From: Pirellulales bacterium
Lineage (GTDB): Bacteria; Planctomycetota; Planctomycetia; Pirellulales; Lacipirellulaceae
Direction: 5' to 3'
DNA: 64,000 nt
Assembly: GCA_022448345.1 (NCBI GenBank)
Contig: JAKVCB010000006.1
Location: 11,083 to 75,082, forward strand
The notes beneath the pieces are model-generated. The model was not told the origin of the DNA and searched no databases. It saw only the letters and a program-made list of their open reading frames with translations. Each line of letters opens with the position of its first letter. Positions within the stretch are counted from its first letter, which is position 1. Below are positions 57,901-64,000 of this stretch, piece by piece. The position numbers were made by a program, and so were the translations under genes.

Positions 57901-58201
57901 TTCCTACAAGGCCCAGCCCGACCAGCCGCGGCTTGGTTTTATTGCCGAGGAGGTGACCAACGTATTTGGTACCCCGCGCCGCAAAGCAGTCGATCCCATG
58001 GGCATCACCGCGGCCTTGACGCGGGTCGTGCAGGCACAGCACGAACAACTTAACCACCTTTTTCACCAAGTAGGGGCTTTAAGAAACCTGCAGGGAGCAG
58101 CTGCCCAAGGAGCAACCGGGGAGCTTCCGTCAACCGGCACGCAGCCTCGCCGGACCGGCCAATCCGTTGCACCGGAAAGCACCGCACGGGACAATGGTTG
58201 A
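54965..58201 (+). CDS. Secreted polyprotein of three tandem fibre modules, each ending in a Peptidase S74 intramolecular-chaperone domain
   Basis: Signal MIVKKWLVSLGMLAWVWGVAET. Three modules are collinear with A1-A3. S74 motifs are GSSRAYKQNME, GSSREFKKNVR and GSSRATKNNIQ, each followed by RLGF(V/I)AEEV. Confidence 0.8.
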   Translation: MIVKKWLVSLGMLAWVWGVAETQLGSFGQRMIASGQQLRQVQPVGAQDRVGEPPFRITEIKSRWMQFQEPLGKTWSFENFRDREMDIDGSLKIGIENSPLDLYLADVPRAFRLYLWEDGRLVPDMPHTHIKPTLAVWGDMLVGDIFAIEDNPMTMFMRQEKNLSASATTSFFAARLGTGTDIDGGAAIVLHPDHHRDLEAWPEDPTDHSLSGSLELIAYGQGVGKQSNAIVFKTRSGPGKLAERMIIKDHEVHVDGNVVATGTVTAGSSRAYKQNMEPLSAVEAARLVTGLEAIHFHYKAQPDQPRLGFVAEEVPEIFSAAGRRGVDPMGIVAALLRLVQTNRARMDQLSAQVRAVSEANRAGLLALAAASEPPVVAASQVDLAERVPPLIREVNGQWFQLETAQGKRWHFDHVHLPRMNIDSALRISLDRSLLDFYLADEADGLHMYLWRDGMPVPNMPRTGKRPTMSLRGDMFVGNIATIGRQPRDMFLREETGLSAASGTVLFCAGEGINHLKNGGAGIVIRPDHHQDLEVWPDDPVDHYQSGSLQLIAFGEGAGSRANSVIFQTRDGLNSTADRMMVNENVTIYGNLTATGSITPGSSREFKKNVRPLSGAEAASLVADLRAVSFSYKADPHQRRLGFIAEEVPAVFGTAGRNGVDAMGVATALAQAVKTQQLEIDNLRFQIHGLADANPSARGAGGENIGATAERPNQSSQGSPTVEKTAIATSTNVSLPKIPPFQISGSGPWLELEETKGKTWSLGYFRDLAMGIPSALQLQLEDSARDFYLADEPGGMRMYLWEDGTTVPDLPQTGAKPHLAIGGDFFLGDIITNGRAALRMFSRVEGKLSASATTTLYAARDGITSDVDGGAGIIMHPDHHHDPTSYPGDPVEHLQSGSLELVAYGQGEGAQANAILVQSRAGDALADRMVIKDGTVTVVGNISATGSVIVGSSRATKNNIQALSAREAFALMAGLEPMKFSYKAQPDQPRLGFIAEEVTNVFGTPRRKAVDPMGITAALTRVVQAQHEQLNHLFHQVGALRNLQGAAAQGATGELPSTGTQPRRTGQSVAPESTARDNG
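55766..56026 (+). other. Peptidase S74-like intramolecular chaperone autoprocessing domain, copy C1
   Basis: SSRAYKQNMEPLSAVEAARLVTGLEAIHFHYKAQPDQPRLGFVAEEVPEIFSAAGRRGVDPMGIVAALLRLVQTNRARMDQL. Confidence 0.75.
56765..57021 (+). other. Peptidase S74-like intramolecular chaperone autoprocessing domain, copy C2
   Basis: SSREFKKNVRPLSGAEAASLVADLRAVSFSYKADPHQRRLGFIAEEVPAVFGTAGRNGVDAMGVATALAQAVKTQQLEIDNL. Confidence 0.75.
57815..58072 (+). other. Peptidase S74-like intramolecular chaperone autoprocessing domain, copy C3
   Basis: SSRATKNNIQALSAREAFALMAGLEPMKFSYKAQPDQPRLGFIAEEVTNVFGTPRRKAVDPMGITAALTRVVQAQHEQLNHL. Confidence 0.75.
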
Positions 58202-58248
58202 GAGTCACAAGTCGACGAAGTGGATACCGAGGACGGAGTAAAATCGCG

Positions 58249-60237
58249 ATGATTGTGAGAAAGTGTTTTGAGTTATTGATACTGTTGGTCCTGGTAGTTG
58301 GTTTGGTTGCCGACCTGCTGGCAGATGAATCTTTGTTCGTTGGCTCTGAGGATAACGAGCCCTCAGCGCTGAACCGGCCTCTGCTGGCGGGAGAAACTTA
58401 CCAGGTAACCGTTCCGGCAACACTTGACCTGGCCGAGCGGGCCCGTTTGGGACTCAATCACTTCACCCGTAGTATTAGCGAAGCCCACAATTACGAAATG
58501 TATTGGGGCGTACAGCCCTTGGGATTATCGCCCGAGATGATGGATTTGATCGGTCTTCCCGGCGAATCGAAATGGGGTTGTGCCTTTGGCGAATACAACA
58601 ACCCGTTCATGGTTATGTGGTGGTCGCCGCTGCACGCCTGTCAACCCAAGGCACTTGAAGTGATGGCGATGGAGCGGTTGATGAGCGGCGATGCGATGTA
58701 CTTGGGTCGTGAAGCACGAATGTTGCGTGAGCTTGCCTCGTACGTACATGACGATGGCCTGTACTACGTTCCTGATGATCCTTCCAAAACCTGGCTTGGC
58801 CCGTCAGAAAACAGGCCGCACGCAAACATGCATGGCCAGGGACGGATGATGCGGGCGATGATCATCTGGTATCAGTTTACGGGGAACCCGGTCTGGAAAG
58901 AACTCGTTGATCGAATGGTTGATGGCCTCGACCGAATCGCTGTACACAAGCAGGACTACGCCTACTTTCCCGTACACGGTTGGATTGATGTCGAGTACTT
59001 TCGCTCCAGTTACACCCGGCAAGGGTGGAAAGATACCATCGAACCAACCCATGAAAAATTTGGCGAAGAAGGATCGCTCTTTAACCACCAGGGCCATATT
59101 CCCGGCGCGCTGGCGAATTGGTTTTTGTTGACAGGTAATCAAAAGGCACTCGAGCTTTCAGGAGAGCTGGTCCGGTTCTATACCAAGCCGCAATTCTGGG
59201 CTGACTGGGAAAAAGGCGAATATCCGGGCATCGTTGGCGCCGAACACGCCCACTGGCGAGGGCACTTGCATGGGCACGTTAACGTACTGCGGGCGATCCT
59301 CGAATATGCAATTGCTGCCAACGACACACGGCTGATGAATTTTGTGCGCGATGGGTACGAGTGGGCCCGGCAAATGGAAATTGCCCGCATCGGCCTGGTG
59401 GGCGACGGGCAGGGCTGCGGGTGCGGGCGGCTGATTGGTTTGGCGGTGAAGCTTTCTTATGCAGGGGTGGGGGATTACTGGGAGGATGTTGATCTGTACA
59501 TTCGCAACCATGGCGTGGAGATGCAATTTACGCCCGAGGATGCCCGCTTTTTGCACGCGCTGGGCCAGGGTAAGCCTGAAGCGCCCGAGTTTCCCGGTGC
59601 AACTAGCAAGGACGTGGTCGAAACGACCATCGGCGGCTATTCCAACCATGTCCCACCTTACAAAACCAGCACCAGTCTCTGTTGTTCTCCGCATGGCAAC
59701 ATGGGGCTGTTTTACGCCTGGGACGCCACGCTCCGGTACGAAGACTCGGTGGCAAGAATCAATCTGCTCTTGAATCGGGCATCGCCATGGCTCGATATCG
59801 ACAGTTACCTGCCCTTTGAAGGGAAGGTCGTGCTGAGAAACAAACAGGCCACAGAAGCGTTTGTGAGGATCCCGCTTTGGGTCGACGGAGACAAGATTTC
59901 TTGTACTGTCCGTGGTGAACCGGTCTCGTGGAACTGGTTCGGCAGGTACCTGCACCTGCGATCGATTGCACCAGGAGATGCCATCGTGCTTCAATTTCCG
60001 GTTGAGGAAAGAACCGAAACGTGGACCAAACCGGACCACCAGTCGTACTTGATCACGGCAATTCCTGGCGGCACAAAATTTGATTTGCGTTTTCGCGGGA
60101 ACACAGTTGTGGAGGTAACCCCGCCATTGATGAAAGATTCTCCCCTCTATCGCAATCGCCTTCAACAATTTTCGGGCGAAGTTGCACCGATGCGTACCGT
60201 CACCCGGCAGGTTACGCCACTGGTTTTGAAGTGGTGA
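58249..60237 (+). CDS. Exported/anchored hypothetical protein, possibly a DUF1680/GH127-like (alpha/alpha)6 glycoside hydrolase
   Basis: Hydrophobic N-terminus MIVRKCFELLILLVLVVGLVADLL. About 660 aa, with a GCGCG motif roughly 86 aa upstream of LCCSPHGN. That spacing is reminiscent of the E-x-C ... C-C-P-x-N zinc/catalytic cysteines I recall for GH127, but the assignment is tentative. An alternative TTG start at 58198 overlaps the upstream stop codon. Confidence 0.4.
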   Translation: MIVRKCFELLILLVLVVGLVADLLADESLFVGSEDNEPSALNRPLLAGETYQVTVPATLDLAERARLGLNHFTRSISEAHNYEMYWGVQPLGLSPEMMDLIGLPGESKWGCAFGEYNNPFMVMWWSPLHACQPKALEVMAMERLMSGDAMYLGREARMLRELASYVHDDGLYYVPDDPSKTWLGPSENRPHANMHGQGRMMRAMIIWYQFTGNPVWKELVDRMVDGLDRIAVHKQDYAYFPVHGWIDVEYFRSSYTRQGWKDTIEPTHEKFGEEGSLFNHQGHIPGALANWFLLTGNQKALELSGELVRFYTKPQFWADWEKGEYPGIVGAEHAHWRGHLHGHVNVLRAILEYAIAANDTRLMNFVRDGYEWARQMEIARIGLVGDGQGCGCGRLIGLAVKLSYAGVGDYWEDVDLYIRNHGVEMQFTPEDARFLHALGQGKPEAPEFPGATSKDVVETTIGGYSNHVPPYKTSTSLCCSPHGNMGLFYAWDATLRYEDSVARINLLLNRASPWLDIDSYLPFEGKVVLRNKQATEAFVRIPLWVDGDKISCTVRGEPVSWNWFGRYLHLRSIAPGDAIVLQFPVEERTETWTKPDHQSYLITAIPGGTKFDLRFRGNTVVEVTPPLMKDSPLYRNRLQQFSGEVAPMRTVTRQVTPLVLKW

Positions 60238-60334
60238 ATTACTGGCGTCACGGTAGTGAAGGACGGCCAGGTCGACAAACGGATCTGTTTTGCATGCGAA
60301 AGATGTGAAGTCAACTTTCGATCTGCGACTCACC

Positions 60335-61741
60335 TTATTTCCCAAACAACTGCGTCAGTGGTGCGCCATCGGCAATGTGGTGGGGCCGATGTAACTGGTC
60401 GTGGACCTGCGTGGTTGGGTCAATTCCCAAGGCAGAAAAAATCGTTGCAGTAAGTTGTCCCGGCGTGACAGGATCTTCGGTTGGATAGGCAGCCCGTTTG
60501 TCGGTGGCACCGTACACCTGCCCTCCTTCGATGCCACCACCGGCCATGATGATCGAGTTTGCCCCTGGCCAGTGGTCGCGTCCTCCCTCCTTATTCAAAC
60601 CGGGTGTCCGCCCAAATTCGCTGGACCATACAACCAGTGTTTCATCAAGCAAACCACGCTCGTGAAGGTCATCGAGCAGGACGCTGATTGGCTGATCGAC
60701 TGAGGGTAACAAGTGGTCTTTCAAATACATAAAATTCCGCTTGTGTGTGTCCCACAACGGCTGGTTGTTGATAGGCAGGCGTGGAATCATCAGGTTGTAG
60801 TAAACGGTAATCAGGGAAACACCGGCCTCGACAAGGCGTCGTGCCAGCAGGAGGTGCTGGCCGTATGGTGTCATCCCGTAGCGATTACGGACACTTGCCG
60901 GTTCGCGCGTGAGGTCCAGAGCCTGTCGTGCGGCCGACGACGTCAACAAGGCTGCGGCGCGCTGTTGGTGGGTGCGAAGTTCGTTATTGGATGGCGCCGG
61001 ATGGAACAGCCCCGGCGAGGCGTTCGAAGATTCCAGCAACCGAAGCCGCTGATCGAATCGTGCCGGGTCAATGTCCCCTGGAAGTGAAAGTCCCGAGAAA
61101 GTGCCACCGGGCTGATGCAGTTCCGGGTTGTACAGAACGGTCGGATCATACGCATTTCCCAAAAACCCAGACCCTAACCCAGGATAATTTTGCTCGCCAC
61201 CACCGTTCTCGATTGTTTGTCGGTTCGTGACAAAGGGCGAAAGAGGACTGTTTGGCTTTTGGAGTTGCGATATGACCGATCCCATGTGTGGATGGTCGGT
61301 GGGGAGGGCTGCCAGGCCGGACTGCTGATCGCGCGCTCGTCCGGTCACCATGGTGTAGAAGGCCGTTTCGTGAGTACTATCTTCGTGTGTGAGCGATCGC
61401 ACAATCGCATAGCGATGGGCCTGCCTGGCAAGATGTGGAATGTGCTCACACACCTGGATACCTGGCACACTGGTCGAAATCGGATGGAATTCACCGCGGG
61501 TATCGGTGGGACCATTCGGCTTCATATCCCAAATGTCCTGGTGGGCTGGGCCCCCGTACATGAACAGGAGAATACAGGAGCGGGCCGTGCCGAGTGGTCG
61601 CTGGGGGTTCGTGCTTCCGGAAGCTCGCCGTGACAACAACTCGGGCAGTGTTAGCCCCAAGCCACCCAGCAGTCCCAGGCGGAGACAATCCCGCCTGGCA
61701 ACCGGTTTTCGAGCTGGGGAGGATTGCGGACGGTAGGTCAT
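60335..61741 (-). CDS. DUF1501 domain protein (sulfatase/phosphatase-like fold) with a twin-arginine leader
   Basis: ARRDCLRLGLLGGLGLTLPELL (TAT-like), CILLFMYGGPAHQDIWDMKP, GRDHWP, and the size (468 aa) typical of the family. Confidence 0.85.
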   Translation of the reverse strand: MTYRPQSSPARKPVARRDCLRLGLLGGLGLTLPELLSRRASGSTNPQRPLGTARSCILLFMYGGPAHQDIWDMKPNGPTDTRGEFHPISTSVPGIQVCEHIPHLARQAHRYAIVRSLTHEDSTHETAFYTMVTGRARDQQSGLAALPTDHPHMGSVISQLQKPNSPLSPFVTNRQTIENGGGEQNYPGLGSGFLGNAYDPTVLYNPELHQPGGTFSGLSLPGDIDPARFDQRLRLLESSNASPGLFHPAPSNNELRTHQQRAAALLTSSAARQALDLTREPASVRNRYGMTPYGQHLLLARRLVEAGVSLITVYYNLMIPRLPINNQPLWDTHKRNFMYLKDHLLPSVDQPISVLLDDLHERGLLDETLVVWSSEFGRTPGLNKEGGRDHWPGANSIIMAGGGIEGGQVYGATDKRAAYPTEDPVTPGQLTATIFSALGIDPTTQVHDQLHRPHHIADGAPLTQLFGK

Positions 61742-62027
61742 TGGTCTGGCAGTGTTTTACGCCGGTAATGTGAAACCAGCAGAGGTTGTGGACATGCGCA
61801 CGTTCCCTCTTCATCAGAAAAGGCAAGACGGCGGGCCGTTGGGACATCTGGAGACGGGCCCGATTCTTTGGCACAATGTGTCCGCTTTCAGTTCGTTCCA
61901 GAACAATACATTTTAGAATACCAGCGTACATGGTGTGCAGCAACGGAGGGAATATCGTGGTGGCCATCACCACGACGCTTTCCCGGACCCAAGGTAAACA
62001 TAAAGGGTTTTCGAAAACCCCAATCAA

Positions 62028-62687
62028 ATGGCCATGTCTTTCCCACGACCACTGGTGTTGTTAAAGCAGTTTCCGCTCACGATCACACTTCTGGTGTTGA
62101 TGCTTGCCTGTAACGTGGCAGCCAACACCGTAACCGAGTTGCTCCGCCCCGCCTGGCAAAACTTGTTTGGTTTTGCCCCGGCAGATCTTTGGACCGGTGA
62201 TTGGTATCCGTTGTTCAGCTCTCTTCTTTTGACCACGGGACGATTCAGTTTTTATATTTCGTTTGTGATGTTGGCCGTTTGCGTTGGTTTTACCGAACGG
62301 CGCTGTGGTACGCTGCGGACATTGCTCACCTTTTTGGGAGTGCACGTGGTCACGCTGCTGATGCTCTCCATATTAGTGGCATGGCCGTTGGTGCAGCTGG
62401 AATTTGAACGGGGCCAGTTACTCTTCGATACCAACGACGTGGGCCCCTCGGCTGGCTACTACGGTTGCCTGGGATTACTCGTGATGGCCAGTGGTTGGCG
62501 TGGCCGCAAAACAGTGTTTCTGGGGATTTTGCTCCTGCTGTTGGTGCGGGCCTCTTGGACCTGGATCGAGATTCCGGATCAGGCTGAGCGATTAACGGCA
62601 GATGCGGCGCACTTGATTGCCTTTCCGTTAGGCGCGTTGTCATTTTGGTTGTTTCCGGGGAAACGCAAGCTTGGCCAGCAGAATTAA
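62028..62687 (+). CDS. Polytopic membrane protein, rhomboid-like (Ser/His retained, TM2 His/Asn absent)
   Basis: About 6 TM helices. GPSAGYYG sits at the GxSG position and AAHLIAFPLGA at the AHxxGxxxG position. GDWYPLFSSLLLT aligns with the rhomboid WR..(T/S)..F.H segment but lacks the H...N pair. Confidence 0.4.
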   Translation: MAMSFPRPLVLLKQFPLTITLLVLMLACNVAANTVTELLRPAWQNLFGFAPADLWTGDWYPLFSSLLLTTGRFSFYISFVMLAVCVGFTERRCGTLRTLLTFLGVHVVTLLMLSILVAWPLVQLEFERGQLLFDTNDVGPSAGYYGCLGLLVMASGWRGRKTVFLGILLLLLVRASWTWIEIPDQAERLTADAAHLIAFPLGALSFWLFPGKRKLGQQN

Positions 62688-62788
62688 GAATTTCTCTGTA
62701 GTGCCGGTTTTGCTTTTGCCAGACCGCCTTGGAGGTTGAATCATGGCGCAAGGCAAAAATCCCCGCCACAAAAAAACCCTGCTACTCT

Positions 62789-63964
62789 CTAACCAGGTTT
62801 GTTGAAGGCGTCGAGCGGACGCAGGGGGAGTTTTTTCGGATCAAGAACCACGTGTTTCACCCGGAGCCGCTTCCAGGTGTAAGTGATATGGACCAGGCCA
62901 TCGGCCGACTGAATGACGGCCGGATACGAATATTCACCCGGCGTATTTTCCAGGGTAAAGGATGCTTGCCACGTTTTGCCATCCTCAGAAATGGCTACAT
63001 TCAGCGGGGAACGTCCCTCCTGTGTGTGGTTGTAGACCAACAGATGACGCCCGTCGGCCAGCGTGACGGCGTCGAGCCCCGAGTTCGGGTTGGGCAGCGT
63101 CGTTGGACTCAACTCAGTCCAGGTTTCCCCCCCATCTTTGGAGCTGCTTGTGACGATCGTTCCGGCGCGGCTGCGACAAAGAATTTGTAGCGAATCTCCT
63201 GCTCCCTGGAGAATCGTGGGCTGGATGGCCGACAGCCGAAGGTTGTCAACAAGCGGTTCTGTTTTGTGCCAGAAAGGTCCGGTAGGGTCCATCACCGATT
63301 CCAGGTGGACCCGCCATCGGTTGTGTTCGGTACTCGAACCACAAAGAACCTGGCCACTGGCGAGCGTGACTGGTTTGTTCTTGACGGGGCCCAAGATCCC
63401 TGCGGGAAGCTTTTTGCCAGGGGACCACGTTTTTCCCCCGTCGGTGGAGGTTGACAGCATTCCCCACCACGTTTCGGGGCTGGGACCGACCTTGTAAAAC
63501 AATAGGAGCGGTCCAGTCATCGGCTGAAAGAGCACTGGATTCCAGCAGGGGTGGCGGGTCTGGTTTTCTTGCACTCCATTTTGAACTTCCCGGGGAGCCT
63601 CCCACTTGCCGGCAATCTTCCGCGAGACCCAAATGCCCACATCCGGATGTTTTTCATAGGTTCCACCAAACCATGCGGATACCAGCCCTTGCGGACATTC
63701 CACAATGGTTGAGGCGTGACACTCCGGATGCGGTGCCTTGGTAAAAACATACTCAGCGTTGACCAACCCGGCTGGACTGGCGCCAACAAGTTGGTTTGGC
63801 AATCCAGCAACAAAAATACCCAGGGTAACCAGGGTGATTGGCGCGACGCGTGACCTTTGTTGGTTGTGATAATCCATCGGCGCAGTATACACGCTCTTTG
63901 CAATTGGGTTTTGCCGGCAGGATGGGTCAGCGACATCAAAAATTGCCTTGGACCAGGTCGCCAC
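62789..63964 (-). CDS. BNR/Asp-box repeat protein, exo-alpha-sialidase (GH33)-like beta-propeller
   Basis: Asp-box motifs STDGGKTWS, SKDGGETWT and SEDGKTWQ, and a signal-like ITLVTLGIFVAG. A more likely start is the ATG at 63877 (MDYHNQQRS). Confidence 0.7.
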   Translation of the reverse strand: MATWSKAIFDVADPSCRQNPIAKSVYTAPMDYHNQQRSRVAPITLVTLGIFVAGLPNQLVGASPAGLVNAEYVFTKAPHPECHASTIVECPQGLVSAWFGGTYEKHPDVGIWVSRKIAGKWEAPREVQNGVQENQTRHPCWNPVLFQPMTGPLLLFYKVGPSPETWWGMLSTSTDGGKTWSPGKKLPAGILGPVKNKPVTLASGQVLCGSSTEHNRWRVHLESVMDPTGPFWHKTEPLVDNLRLSAIQPTILQGAGDSLQILCRSRAGTIVTSSSKDGGETWTELSPTTLPNPNSGLDAVTLADGRHLLVYNHTQEGRSPLNVAISEDGKTWQASFTLENTPGEYSYPAVIQSADGLVHITYTWKRLRVKHVVLDPKKLPLRPLDAFNKPG

Positions 63965-64000
63965 GGGTAAGTCTCCTGTTAGTCTCCTGGGGGCGGCGGC

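Larger units (their letters stand above)
55121..58072 (+). repeat. Three tandem roughly 300-aa fibre modules (C1 about 55121-56026, C2 about 56126-57021, C3 about 57172-58072)
   Basis: The conserved motif series is the same as in A1-A3. By eye, C1 is closest to A1, C2 to A2 and C3 to A3. Confidence 0.8.

Noticed and set aside
47292-58201. Prophage or phage-tail-like particle locus, suggested by the tail-fibre/S74 domains
   Set aside because: No terminase, portal, capsid, sheath, tube, baseplate, integrase or lysis gene is seen within 20 kb on either side. The carrier proteins have bacterial surface-protein features (Sec signal, FG-GAP region, PEP-CTERM neighbour). A phage origin of the domain itself remains likely.
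59158-60345. 395-aa minus-strand ORF overlapping the 58249-60237 gene
   Set aside because: The translation looks like a shadow ORF (Arg/Pro/Gly-rich). It has no start context, and it runs through the convergent end of the DUF1501 gene region. The plus-strand product has a coherent signal peptide and globular composition.
61491-62027. 178-aa minus-strand ORF overlapping the 5' end of the DUF1501 gene
   Set aside because: It is out of frame with the well-supported DUF1501 N-terminus (twin-arginine leader) and its translation shows no recognisable motif. It probably covers only promoter and leader sequence.
1-64000. tRNA, rRNA, riboswitch, transposase/IS and toxin-antitoxin candidates
   Set aside because: I read all intergenic gaps longer than 100 bp (for example 15703-16166, 21427-22016, 23283-23682, 41853-42142, 43283-43592, 46779-47291 and 61742-62027). 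I saw no cloverleaf-compatible sequence, no terminal inverted repeats and no small paired ORFs. This was a visual check only, so absence is not proven.

Overview
The window is a chromosomal segment with ordinary gene density and no rRNA, tRNA, CRISPR array, transposase or integrase that I could see. By eye it is about 53-55% GC. The gene content suggests Planctomycetota: a DUF1501 protein with a twin-arginine leader, a TAT-type Gfo/Idh/MocA oxidoreductase, an oversized TolC-like lipoprotein, giant secreted proteins with an N-terminal LEPRRLL motif, and several proteins with a dockerin-like loop plus a PEP-CTERM tail. This taxon call is an inference, not a search result. Layout: (1) 0.4-11 kb holds housekeeping and efflux genes (MATE, tandem DUF3467, pdxA, and a TolC-like / HlyD-like / ABC ATPase / FtsX-permease operon). 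(2) 11-25.8 kb is a dense island of small-molecule catabolic enzymes containing two paralogous SDR / VOC / isocitrate-lyase-PEP-mutase sets, with no recognisable regulator or transporter. (3) 26-29 kb is a second ABC/FtsX operon led by an unknown anchored protein. (4) 29-42 kb is a surface-protein island: a PQQ-propeller giant, a trypsin-like PEP-CTERM protein and a CRTAC1/FG-GAP PEP-CTERM protein, the latter two sharing five copies of an 828-bp coding module. (5) 42-47 kb holds a Zn-ADH, a TauE/SafE permease and an orphan AceE-like TPP enzyme. (6) 47.3-60.2 kb is a co-directional four-gene cluster and the most unusual feature. Two secreted polyproteins carry 3 + 3 tandem tail-fibre-like modules. 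Each module ends in a Peptidase S74-type intramolecular-chaperone autoprocessing domain (motif G-S-S-R-x-x-K ... RLGF[IV]AEEV). The two polyprotein genes flank a cohesin-like/dockerin-like PEP-CTERM protein and are followed by a possible GH127-like protein. No phage genes are nearby. (7) 60-64 kb holds DUF1501, a rhomboid-like membrane protein and a BNR/sialidase-like protein. All calls rest on motifs read in the supplied translations and on direct reading of the DNA. No searches or alignments were run, identities are by-eye estimates, and domain and module boundaries are approximate.
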